Shown: positions 37,501 to 51,809 of the stretch, in pieces
Layout: every line of letters starts with the position of its first letter
Numbering within the stretch: the stretch's first letter is position 1
Assembly (NCBI GenBank): GCA_001724265.1
Contig: MEDY01000200.1
Coordinates: 1-53,061 of the forward strand
DNA: 53,061 nt
DNA from: Rhizaria sp. SCN 62-66
Lineage: Eukaryota
Reading direction: 5' to 3'
Position numbers and translations under genes: made by a program
The notes under the pieces: model-generated
Seen by the model: the letters and a program-made list of their open reading frames with translations, nothing else
Told to the model about the DNA's origin: nothing
The model's database searches: none

Positions 37501-39513
37501 ACAGTGGCGGGGACAGCAGCAGCGTCTGCAGACTCAGATTCCGCGCCCGCGGCGGCGGCGGCGGCGGCGGCGGCGGCCAAGGCCGAGGCCGCGGTGTTCA
37601 TGGCCTCTCCCCCCGCGGACTCCGCGGCGGGCGTGGCCGCGGCCGCAGTCGCTGCCGCCGCCAACGCCGCCGAGGCCGCCGCCGCCGCTGAGGCCGCCGC
37701 CGCCGCTGCAGCGGCTGCTGCGGAGGCTGAGGCCGAGGCTGAGGCCAGGGCAAGGGCCAGCGCCAGCGCAGCTGCGGCGGCGGCGGCGCTGCTGCTGTTG
37801 CCGCCGCCGCCGCCGAAGCGCGCAGGAAGCAGCAGCAGCAACGACGTTAACGTGAAAGCTAAGCCTGCGACCGAGACGGCTGAGGACAAGGCCAAGGCCA
37901 AGGCTGCCGCTGCTGCTGCTGCCGCTGCGGCCCGCATTGAGGCCCGGCGGGCCAAAGCGGCCGCTATGGCCAAGGCTGAGGCTGAGGCTGCGTCCAAGAC
38001 GGCGGCTGCGGCTGCGGCCGCGGCAGCGGCTAAGAGGCGGACGACGCGCAACAGCCTTGACAGCAGCTACACCGAGAGCAACAACGACAACAACACTGAC
38101 AAGCTGATGTGTGATCGCGATGATGCGAGCGCGAGTGCGGGCCGTGATGTCGGCGCTGAGGGCTGTGTTTATGTTCCTCGCGCGGCTTATCTTCCTGGTG
38201 CGGCCTACATTCCCGCCAATGCCGCACCCGAGGCGGCCTACCTTTTCTCCGGCGCGACTTACCTTCCAGACTCGACCTACCAACCCGAGGCGGCGTACTT
38301 TCCCGACGCGGCTTATCTTTCCTTCCGCGTCACTGGTACCCTGCGCCACAACGACAACACTCCTCGTGTCACTCGCACCGCGACATCTGCATCTTCGTCC
38401 TCATCTTCATCTTCAACTTCATCTTCATCTTCAGCCGCGACTACGAAAATAACTGCAGCAGCAGTGGCAGCGGCGGCTGCGGAGGCCGAGGCTGAGGCTG
38501 CGGCTGCTGCTGAGGAGGCTGAGTCCCGTCTCCGCGACTGGGGCTATGAGCACGGCGACCTGTGCCTCGACGACGAGGTCCTCGACTCTGACGGTGGCAC
38601 CAGTTATAGCCATAATCTCAGTCACTACCCTGGCCCTCGCGCCAGTCGCTGCGCCGGCCATAACGCCAGTCACCGCGTCAGCCACACCGAGGACACTCTG
38701 CGGCACTACCGCTACCATGGCCAGGATGACGTCGACATCGACATCGACGCTGACGTCAGCGACGACAGTGACGACAATGACGGTGACATTGACGGTGGCT
38801 GTGGCAGCACCAGCAGCAGCGGCGTTCGCTTCGTCGACCGCGACTGCGCCCTCTGGCTCGCTGCGCGCGCGCGGCTCGGTTTCACGCCAGCTGACGCTGC
38901 CGCCGAGGGCCGCCGCAGTCTGCTGCGGACCGTGGACCGGGCTGAGGGCAAGCTGCGGCGGCTGGAGCGCAAGCTGGCGCGCACGCATCCGCATCCGCAG
39001 CAGCCGCAGCTACATTAGCAGCAGTCCCAGCAGTCTCAGCAGCGGCGGCGGGAGCGGCGACTGCGCGCGTTGCGCGTGTTGCGGGTCACTATAGCGCGTC
39101 TGCGGGCGCTGGCACACTATCGCCTGGCCCCGGTGCTGCAGCCGCGTCTGCCGCAGCCGCGTCTGCAGGGCTTTCTGACACTGCGGCCGCCGCAGCTGCA
39201 GTCGCAGTCGGCAGCAGCGGCGGCGACAGTCGCTGGCTCTTCAATGATCAGTGCCAGTGCCGTCACGGCGGCAGCATCGGCATCGGCATCGGCAGCGGCG
39301 GAGAGTGCGCGCGCGCTTGCGGTGGCAGCGGGCGACAGCTCGGTGGCGACGCTGTTTGCGCTCGCTACTGCGCGCACTGCAAGCAGTGGCGCTAGCAACA
39401 CTAGTAACGCCTCGAACACGGACAGCAGCAGCGGCGCGCACATTCGCCGTGCTCCGAGTGAGGCCGAGGCGTTATGGGCTGAGAGGCAGCTTATTTTGAG
39501 CTTGATGAAGTAA
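34564..39513 (+). CDS. Large low-complexity hypothetical protein, ~1,649 aa, intronless, with two in-frame TAG codons
   Basis: ORFs 34510-35616, 35680-39018 and 39070-39513 share one frame. They are separated only by TAG 35614-35616 (ALQS*ALLR) and TAG 39016-39018 (QPQLH*QQSQQ). ATG at 34564; stop TAA followed by AT-rich sequence. No family recognised. Confidence 0.7.
34837..34887 (+). repeat. (TCA/TCG)n trinucleotide repeat encoding poly-Ser
   Basis: A tcatcatca... run inside the 34564-39513 CDS. Confidence 0.9.
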
Positions 39514-39791
39514 ATGACGAAGTATATAGCATATTAGTACTAACTCAATACAAAAAATCCACTTTTATCAAATATCGTGACTATATCAAGTCGCTTCAAG
39601 TCATATTTGAAGTAGTCTTATCTTCGATCGTTCGCTCGGCGAGGAGAGATCCTTTGCGAAAGAGTCTAGAGAAATGAAGATGATGCGCGTTCAAAGTTTC
39701 GTCGTTTGAAATGATAGCGTAATATGTAGATTGCATGTACAATTATCTCATTTTTTCTCTTTTTATATTGTTTGCGGTGTTGTTTGCACAG

Positions 39792-42700
39792 ATGTCTGGC
39801 CCGTGGGACGCTCGCGCGGCACGACTGGGTGAAGTGGGGCTGAGAGTCTGGCGCGCCACTGTCGCGCTCCGCTACGCACTCGTCCTCCTCGCGCTTGCAC
39901 GTACGTTTACATAATTTCTCAAATGCATTCTATAATATTTTACTCTTATCTCACTAGTTGATACGGCATATCGCGAGATATCTTCTTAGATCTCAATCGC
40001 TCATCTGCGACCTTGCTCGTTCGCTCACTTTCTCCCGCACTCTCCGTACACTCTACCATGTTGCCCTGGCTTACCACTTACAGTGCCCGACACACCGTTT
40101 GGATATCTGCACCCAGACGAGCACCTGCAGTCGCTGTAGCCCGGCATCGCGCTTCTCGCCGCACTCCGCCGCTACGCTTGTTCCTTCACATTGTCACAGT
40201 CGACAGAATCTGCAGCCTCCGTTCTCAGTGACTTTGACTCAGCTCCCACCGCCGCGCTGGGCTGGGCGTGCCGCGCGCTGCCGGTGCCACCCGCCGCGCT
40301 GTCGCAGCTGCCGTGGGACTTTGTGCCCGTCTGGCCGGGGCCAGTCCGCTCGCTCTTGCTGCCGCTGCTCACGGTCGCTCTGCCTGCGCTCGCGCTCTTT
40401 GCCGCGCTGTCAGCCCTTGCGACCGCGCTCTCCGCCGCCGCCGCGGTGACGCTGCCGCTGCTCGCGAGCCTTGGGATTACGTCCGCTGCGGCTACAGCAA
40501 CAGCGACTGCGACAGTTGCGGCCGCTGCGACCGCGCCCGTGTTTGCGGCGGGTCTGTCGCCCGCTGCGGCCGCGGCAGTGGCGCTGGCGGGGGCGCGGCT
40601 TACGGTGCTGACGCTGTCCGTTGCCGCCGAGCGCGCGATGTTAATCCGCCTGCCATCCCTGCTGGCGCTGATGCTGCCACCGCCGCCGCAAACCGCGAAA
40701 ACAACCAAGGCAACTACGACTGCGACGAAGCCAGATACTTCGACTGCGCTTGCGGTTGAGCCCGCGCTGGCGGTCGCAGCGGCGCGGCTGTTGCTGTGCT
40801 GCTTCGCGCTCTCGTGGCCAGTCCTGACGTTCTCGCTGCGGCCCTTCGCCAACACCGTCGAGGCCGCGGCGCTCGTGCTCCTCGCGGCGGCCGTGACTGC
40901 ACCGCCGCCTCGATCCGCCTCCTCATCCGTCGCGCCAGGGTCCGCGTCGCTGCTGCGTCGGTCTGTGTGGTTTGGCGCTGCGTCCGCGGCGGCGACGGTG
41001 ATCCGGCCCTCGTTCCTCGCGTTCTTGCCCGCGCTGGCGCTGGCGTTTGCGCTGGGGCTCAAGCGCAGCGGCAGCGGAAGCAGCAGGAATATTGTTGAGA
41101 GCGAGAGTGAACGCGAGAAGGCAAAGGTTAGCTCTGTTGAGAACGCTGCTGACGGCGTCGACGGCACTTACATTGGGGCGCTGAAGGTACTTACAAGGGC
41201 CGCTCTCTCGGCGTTGCCGTGGCTGCTGCTGGCGGCCGCGGCATTTGCAGCGACAGTAGGCGCAGTCACTCTTGCTGACAGCGCCGCGTACAACCATAGC
41301 TACAACTACAACAAAGACATCAGTGACTCAAGTGGCAGTTTCACAGCTTTCTCACTTTATGACGCTTCGAATGCTTAGCAACAGCAACAACAACTCGACT
41401 CTCTTGCTCACCCCCACGCAGCGCTTGTGCGGGTCGACGGCTCTCCTCTGCTGCTGCAGCTCGACGCCTGGCTTGCGAACACCACGCTCTCCCTGGGCGG
41501 CTTGACTTCTTCCCCCGGCGGCCTGACTTCCCCGCTCGTGCGCTTCCTGCTGTACAACTCCGCGCCCTCGGCCGCGGCCACGCACGGGCTCCACCCGCGT
41601 TACACGCACCTGGCGGTGAACCTGCCGCTGATGTGCGCGCCGCTGCTGCTCGCACTCGCCCTCGCCGCGGGCTGGCTGCGCGCGGGCCTCAATCACCCCA
41701 GCAACAGCAACAGCAACAATAACAATTACGACAGCAGCTGCAGTCAGGCTGAGGGGGCGCTTGGTGCGGCGCAAAGGCACGTGCGCGCGCGGCTGCCGCT
41801 GCTGGTGTGCGTTGCCGCAGCGTTTCTAGTGCCGCCGCTGCTGCTTCTGTCACTGGCACCGCACCAGGAGCCGCGGTTTCTGCTGCCGCTTGTCGCAGTC
41901 GTCGCAGTGGCGGCGGCGGCGGTCGCGGCGGCCGCGGTGGCGGTTGCGGCGGCCGCGGCGGCGGTGGCGGAGGCTCAAGCCAAAGCGGAGGCTGAGGCTG
42001 AGGCCAGCAATGCTCAGGCTGAAGCTCGTAAAGTTGAGGCCGAGGCAACTGCTGAAGGAGCGGCTGAGGCTGGGGCAGAAGAAGAGGAAGAGGAGGAGGC
42101 GGAGGAGGCAGCCGCTGGTGACAGCTCAACGACACTGCGCAAGCGAGGGACTGCGAGCAGCAGCAACATCGACAGCAGCGGTGGCAACATCACCGCAAAA
42201 GCAGGGACTGCGACCAACACAAAGCACTCTGAGTCAGCTCAACAGCTCGAGAGCAAGAGCATGGCCAAGAGTGACCGTGGGCTGGAGCGGCGGCGTCAGA
42301 AGCAGCTGCGCCAGCTGTGGTTGGTGCGTTTTGTGCAGTTCTTTCTTTTGTTCAACGGTGTGCTAACGGTCGTTTTCCACGCGCTGCACCAGGGCGGCCT
42401 AACTTCGATCACGACGAAGCTGCCTACAGTCATCTTCAACGGCCGCGCCAGTCACACCGGCGGTAGGCACCGTGCGGCTGCTGCGGGCCAGAGTGTGTTG
42501 GTGTCGCACGTGCTGTTTGTTGACACGTACCCTCCGCCTCTCTCGCTCCTGGGGCTGGAGCAACTCACTCAACATGGGGACCAGCATCAGCAGCAGCAAG
42601 AACAGCAGCAGCCTCAACAAGCTACGCGGGTGGCTGCGGCTGTGAGAGCCGTTGCCCACAGTACCAGTGGCGTCTCTGCTACTCACTGCGGCCGCCGCAA

Positions 42701-43244
42701 CATCGGCGGTCACCCGCGATCGCAACTGTGGCCGAAGACAGACGCTGCGGATGTTGTCTGCAGTCATGAAGTGCGGTCAACTGCGGCAGCGACAGAGTTA
42801 CTCTCAGCGTTAGCAGCGTTATCAGCCGTTGATAGTCAGAGTGCGAAACACGACGCGGCTTACTTTATCGTCTCCCCGGTGTCTCTGGCCGTGCAGTCAG
42901 GCCTGCTGCCGCTGTCGGCTCTCCCGCTGACCGTCGGTGCGGCCGTGACCGTGAGCGGTGATAGCAGCAAGAGCAGCATCGATAAAGACCAGAGTGGCAG
43001 CTCTCGCTGGGATCGCGTATGGCAGCGTCTCGCTAGTCTCAGCACAGTTTCTGACAACAACATGAACGATGCTGTTGGCGACAAGAGTGGAAGTGTTAAA
43101 TCTGCGCTTAAGGGGTCGGTGGCACTTACAGTGTCTGCGCTTTCCCCCTTACATGTGTCATTTGAGAGCTTCCCGCAGTCGTTTGATCAGCTGGGGCTTG
43201 TCTTGCTCACAGTCGCAGTCCCACCCACGCCGCAACAGCATTGA
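39792..43244 (+). CDS. PIGZ: GPI mannosyltransferase 4 (PIG-Z/Smp3, GT22 family), ~1,089 aa, 2 exons, with two in-frame TAG codons
   Basis: Exon 39792-39900, intron 39901-40083 (GTACGT..CAG), exon 40084-43244. Motifs: GYLHPDEHLQSL, RPFANTVEA, RPSFLAF, LADSAAY, LYN...HGLHPRYTHLAVNLPLM, LSLAPHQEPRFLLP, LHQGG. TAGs at 40137-40139 and 41376-41378; stop is TGA. Confidence 0.85.
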
Positions 43245-43972
43245 CATCAGCAACGAGTTGCAGAGACAAGAACGGCGCAGATGGCTCGCACTTTATGTCT
43301 CACACAGCCTTTGCTGGGGGTTGGCGTTGCATTCTTTAGGCAGTTACATTAGTTATATTTATCTAGCATTTACAGCTTTCGTCAAGTCAACATAAATTTT
43401 TACAATATGGGAGATGCTCTAAATACATTATTCAAGATCAACACGCTATTAGACTAGTCCGTCACCGATCGCTTTACATTTTTATTGGTCATACTGTCTC
43501 AAATCTAAGGTCGATCACTAGCCGATGAGATCGTTCAATGCAGTTTCATCGAAGCAAACACGTACATCGCAGAGATGAAACCCGTCTATATTCACTTGCG
43601 TAAAGCTAGCGAAGGCGTGTGAGTCAAGCTACAATGCAAAAAGCTCTGTCTACTCGACCGGTTCCACGTATACTTGTCCAATCTCACGAGCTGCCGTTGG
43701 TTGGTCAACACACAGGTGCTTGGCGAACGACGGATACGACAGTTTTGATGATAAATAATCGCAATAATACGTGTATTATTATTCTTTACAAGTCACTCCT
43801 TCCACATTCTTAAACTATCCCACAGTCTAAACCGTCGCATAGCTCATCATCTTCACATCTTATCCTCGCTCTCGCAACGCACGGTGTTTGCCTCGGCCGA
43901 CACACGCCGAGACACACACTCAGCACGCACACTCAGTCATCCGCATGATGACACGCTTCCCGGCTGGCTGGC

Positions 43973-46890
<2,918 letters not shown>

Positions 46891-47377
46891 CTGAATGCTA
46901 AGAAGTATGCAACAGAGGAATAATTGAGGGCAGGGTAAGGACGAGGAAGGGATCATGACGGTTGGGTGGTAGGGCCATCAAAGACGGCGGATTTCTGATG
47001 CGCATACTGCATGAAATACGCAATTTGCCAAGGTCTTAAATTGAAAATAATACCACACACGTCACAGATATTCAAATTTAATGCTTAGCAAAGCGGCTGT
47101 CGCGTTATACAGCCGAAGAAACTCGGATCAAATCCACGCCACGGCCGAGGCCGTGTCGCATCACCCAAATTTGAGGCGAGCCTCACGACCGACCACAAAC
47201 GGGTGGCAGCCTCGGGAGTAATCCTTTTACCACGATGAGGCTGGCTGGCTGACACGAGAAGGCTCCTTGACTCTCGACTTAAACGAGTCTGGAAAAGAGT
47301 CATGCCATCGTCACTGAGCTCTACTTTTGAAATGTATAGCTGAAAATGTATTTTTGTTTTTGTATTTACTCTTATAG

Positions 47378-50300
47378 ATGGGTGCGCTGGGCGGCGTGCT
47401 GGTAATCTGCGCCGCGCTGGCCGCCTTCGTGCCGCTCTCTGCCCGCGCGCCGCGGCTCGAGTCGGCGCGCTGGCTGGGGCTCCACACCAGCCGCGGCGCT
47501 TGGTCCCGCCACTTCCTCCCCGCTTCCGCGTTCTCTGTACTGCTCCACCTTGCCGCGTTTGCCATTATCGCGCTTTACGCCGTCGCAACGGCGCCCGGCG
47601 TGGTCGCCGCAATGGCGCTGCTGGCATGCCTGTATCTTCTGTCTCTCGCAGCCATGCCCCTCGCTTCGCCCTGGGCCTCCAGCGCCTGCGCGCGCGCTGC
47701 CGACGCGACGGGCGGCTCGGCGGCCGCGCAGCAGCGGTGCCCGCTCACGGGATACCCGTTTGCCACCGCGCTTGCAGCAAGCCTGAACAGCAGCAGCAAC
47801 AGCGGCGGCATGAGCCGCGGGAACGCTGCGAGTGCGGGCATTGCGGCCGCAACGAGGTTCAATCCTGCGCTCAACGACTTCAGCCCTGTGTCGCTCTCTT
47901 TCATCTCCGACACTGGCAACGGCCACAATAACAACAACAAAAGCAACGCTGTCGTTGATAGGATTGGGATCGATTCCCCTTTGTCGTTTTCATTCGCTTC
48001 AAACTCGCAGCAGCCCCTGTACAAGACGCCGTCCAAGCGCAACGCTCGCAACAACAACAACACTAGCCCGCAGCTACACAACGTCTACAGTGGCAGCTCC
48101 GGCAACAGCGATCATGGTGGCAACGGCACTGAAGAGCTCTTGTACACCCCTAAGAGCACCAAGAACTCAAACAAGAGAAGCTCTAAAGGCGCTCCTTTCG
48201 GCGAGCTCAGCGCCGCTAAAACGCCCGTGCCGTCGCATTTCCCCACGTTCACCCCTTCTCAGCCCATTGCAGCTGAAAAGCGCGACCATTTCCACTCTCG
48301 CCCTCACAATAACAACAACAGCAGCAGCGCTGACATTGACTATTATAGCAGTTCTGTCAACGTGAACAACGGTTCGCCGCAGTGGACGACTGTTCCGGTC
48401 GTGTTTGTCACCGCGCACCCCGACGACGAGGCCATGTTCTTTACGCCGGTGCTCACCGCGCTCATGCAGCACAACGAGCGGCAGCGGCGGCGCTTGCGGC
48501 GACGCCACTTCACTCCTGCAGCTGCAGCCACAGCAACAGGAGCAGCAGCGGCGACCGCGGCCACAGCGACGACGGCGGCGGCGGCTGCGTCTGTGCCGCT
48601 CTTCCCCACCAACGCCAAGTCCAAGTCCAAGTCTAAGGCTCACGTGGACTCAGCTGAGACTGATACTGACCCTGCGCCTGCGCCTGAGTTTTTTGTGACT
48701 GCGATGGAGTCATCTGCCGACTCCGAGTCGGTCGCCCTCTTGGTGTACGCGCCCCACGTGCTCTGCCTCAGCACCGGCGCCGCGGGCGCCGGCGACGGCG
48801 CCGCGGGCAGCGGCGGCGGCGGTGACGGGGACGCGCTGGTGCGGTGCCGGGAGCTGCAGCGCGCGGCCGCCCTGCTGGGGGTCGCCCTCGACGCGGTGGT
48901 ACGTTTCGCAGTGGCGCATTGAGTTATCTTCAATACTGTGCGATGATGCAAAAACATTTTTTGAATGAGATGTATCACGATGAGTCTGACGCTGGGGGCG
49001 ATAATATTATATATATATGAAATGCGTTGGTGTGTATTGTTTTTATTATCGAAACGTGATATCTTTGCTCGATGATATCTCACTTATCTTCTCTCATTGT
49101 CTTCTTGCTTCTATCTCGCGGTGACTGTAATTTTTCACGTTGAAACTGCTTTTTTTTACGTGTTGCTCATCACGTTTTGTGTTGCACGACGTATTCACCG
49201 CGTATTTGCTGGGTATTTAGCGCATCATCAACGACCCCGCGCTGCCCGACGGCATGGATGTGTACTGGGACCCGTCGCTCGTGCAGCAACATATCGAGGT
49301 AAGGGTCATTCCACACATACGACGCATGCTTTACACACATTACGCTGTTTTGTGTAATGACTTTCTGGGCTATTTTAAGCTCGTTTTCAACATAATCTTT
49401 GCGACAGCTCGTTTAATAACACCTCAATATCTCACATTTCAAGTTTTTTTTCACTTACATTTTGTCACTTTGCCTCTTTGATTGCTGTTTTCCTGCGTGA
49501 TAATAGCGTTATATCGCCGAAATCTCCCCCGCCTACCCGCTGCCCCCGTGTCTCGTCACCTTTGACAGCGGCGGCGTCTCCGGCCACCCGAACCACGCCG
49601 CAGTGGCCGCCGCCGTGGCCGCCACAGTCATTGCCGCTCAGGCTAGCGCTCGCTCTCACGACGACGCTGCTGCTGCTGCTGCTGCTGACTCTAGGATGGG
49701 CAGCGGTCATCACAGCAACAACAACGGCCATAACAGCAGCAACAGCGGCGGCGGTAGCGGCAGCAGCAGCAGCAGCAGGGGGGCTCGGGGAGGGGCCCGG
49801 AGCCGCAGCCGCGCCCCCCTCGCCGACTCTGAAAACAACGGCGATGATAACAATGGCGGCGCGAATAACCCTGCCGATGTTGTTTATTCGTCCTACCTGT
49901 CGTATCTCATTGCCAAAACAACGCAAAAGCTGTCGAAGCTGTTTTCCCCGAAGACTAACGCCCACAACAGCGACTCGGTGACTGCTGGGACTGCGCCTGT
50001 CGCTGCGTCGGGGCCCGCAGTCACTGCGTGGATGCTTACCTCCCGTCCTCTGGCGATCAAGTACCTGGGCCCCTTACCCGTGCTGTTCTCGGTCAAAACG
50101 CTGGCCACAGTCGTCAAAGTGACCGTAAGAACGCTGTACAGCGCATTCCGGCGACTGCTGCTGTGCTCTAAGCCGAGGCACGCATGCAGCAACAGCAGCA
50201 ACAGCAGTCGCGCCTTTAGCGTCCCTGCCGAGGTGACCGTGAGCAGTCTCACGGCGCACAGCGTGGCCTGGGCGGCGATGCGGCTTCACTTCTCGCAGTT

Positions 50301-50487
50301 CGTGTGGTTCAGGCGGCTTTACTTGCTCTTCTCCACCTACACGTACACCGCGCCCCTAACACGGCTCGGCCCCGCGGAGGCCGCTGACGTCATCTGCGCT
50401 TACATGGACGCCGCCAACAGGGCCGCGGCGGCGAGGGCCGACGCTTCGCTCAGTGTGAACGGTTTCAGCCAGAGCAAGACCAAGTGA
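47378..50487 (+). CDS. PIGL: GlcNAc-PI de-N-acetylase (PIG-L/Gpi12), ~859 aa, 3 exons
   Basis: Exons 47378-48898, 49221-49298 and 49507-50487 join in frame. Motifs: VTAHPDDEAMFFTP, VLCLSTG, RCREL, LPDGMDVYW, VTFDSGGVSGHPNH, AMRLHFSQFVWFRRLYLLFSTY. Stop is TGA. Confidence 0.9.
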
Positions 50488-50964
50488 GGCGACGTGAACT
50501 GAGAGCAGATATCGAATATGCTCGGATATGAGGTTTAAGATAGCCGTTTGACCCATTTTAAGGTCAATATGTGTGTTTTCAAACGCATTTCGAAGCCAAA
50601 AACACTGATTCAGAATCAGAAATAGTTTGATTTGCACTGTATTTTTCCACTTATAAGCACCTGCAGCCTCTTACGCTACCAACTGCGGACCGACTCATCT
50701 CAGTCTGGCTTCCTGTCGGTTTCGTGAGGGTGATCGAAAACATGATGATATATCGCGTCGCGGCCGTGTTTGATTCTATATTTAGCGTTACCAAAGCATT
50801 TACATACATTTACATTATTATGTGTAATTATATCCTCTTAATATGCAGTTAAGCCCTCATACTGGCCAGCTCACAAAAACACAGTTTCATCCCACCCCGC
50901 CACAGCTCCCCGCCCCGTTTCCCCCGCCAGCGCGCCCCTCTAGCGTTTCACCGCCCCCGGCCCA

Positions 50965-51809
50965 ATGCAGCGTTCCCGCACCAACTTTGCCGTGCTGCCC
51001 CCCAGCATTTACCCCACGCCCGACGCAGAGAACACCCCTGCGTTCGAGACCACCTACGCGGAGGGCTACTGCGAGCGCCTCAACGACGTACGTCACAAAC
51101 GTCACATATGCGCGAAGTACATACAACTCTGTGCGATAAATATTATGATATAGCACTATCGCTATTGTTTTCTATCAAGTGTCAGTAGTTTTATCTCTGG
51201 TTACATCTTTTGTATCAACTATACGCATGAACCACGCCATCATCTCACTTGATCCCTGATTCTATTGAATACGACTAATGCAACATATAGGACGTTTTCC
51301 GCAAGTCCACCGCGCTCCCCTCGTCCTCCGCAGGCGGCCGCTTCTCGAACACTGCCGCAGCTGCTTACGGCGGCGCTGACGGCAGCCACCGCTTCTCGGT
51401 GACCAGCTCTGCCATCCCCGGCGTCACCGGTGCCGCCTTCAGCGGCGGCCACTCGCCGTCGGCGACGCTGGCGTCGCGCGGCTTCAGCGGCGCGTGCACG
51501 CAGGCGGCCTACGGCCCCCACGGCACGCTGCGCTCGGGGCTGCCCTGCGCGGGCGAGTGCGGTGCGCACCCGCCGATGCTCACCACGACCAACCTCTCGC
51601 TCTCGCAGCGCGTGGCGTCGGTCGGCGCAAACGGTGGTGTCGTCGCGGCCGCAGCGCTCGAGGCCGGCGCGGGCGGCTTCTGCGGCGGCAGCATGCAGTA
51701 CAGCGCGCAGACGCAGTCGGCTGACCCGCGCCGCGGCGAGCACGATGCGCTCAGGGACACGCAAAACGCGCGCTTCAAGGTCTACACCCGCGCCTACGGA
51801 CGCTTCTAA
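50965..51809 (+). CDS. Two-exon hypothetical protein, ~213 aa
   Basis: Exon 50965-51087 (MQRSRTNFAVLPPSIYPTPDAENTPAFETTYAEGYCERLND), intron 51088-51290 (GTACGT..TAG), exon 51291-51809 in frame. Strong GC3 bias; stop is TAA. Confidence 0.65.

Noticed and set aside
41187-41378. Possible in-frame intron GTACTT...TAG that would remove the second PIG-Z TAG
   Set aside because: It lacks the AT-rich composition of the real introns and encodes a hydrophobic helix plus the LADSAAY segment expected in PIG-Z.
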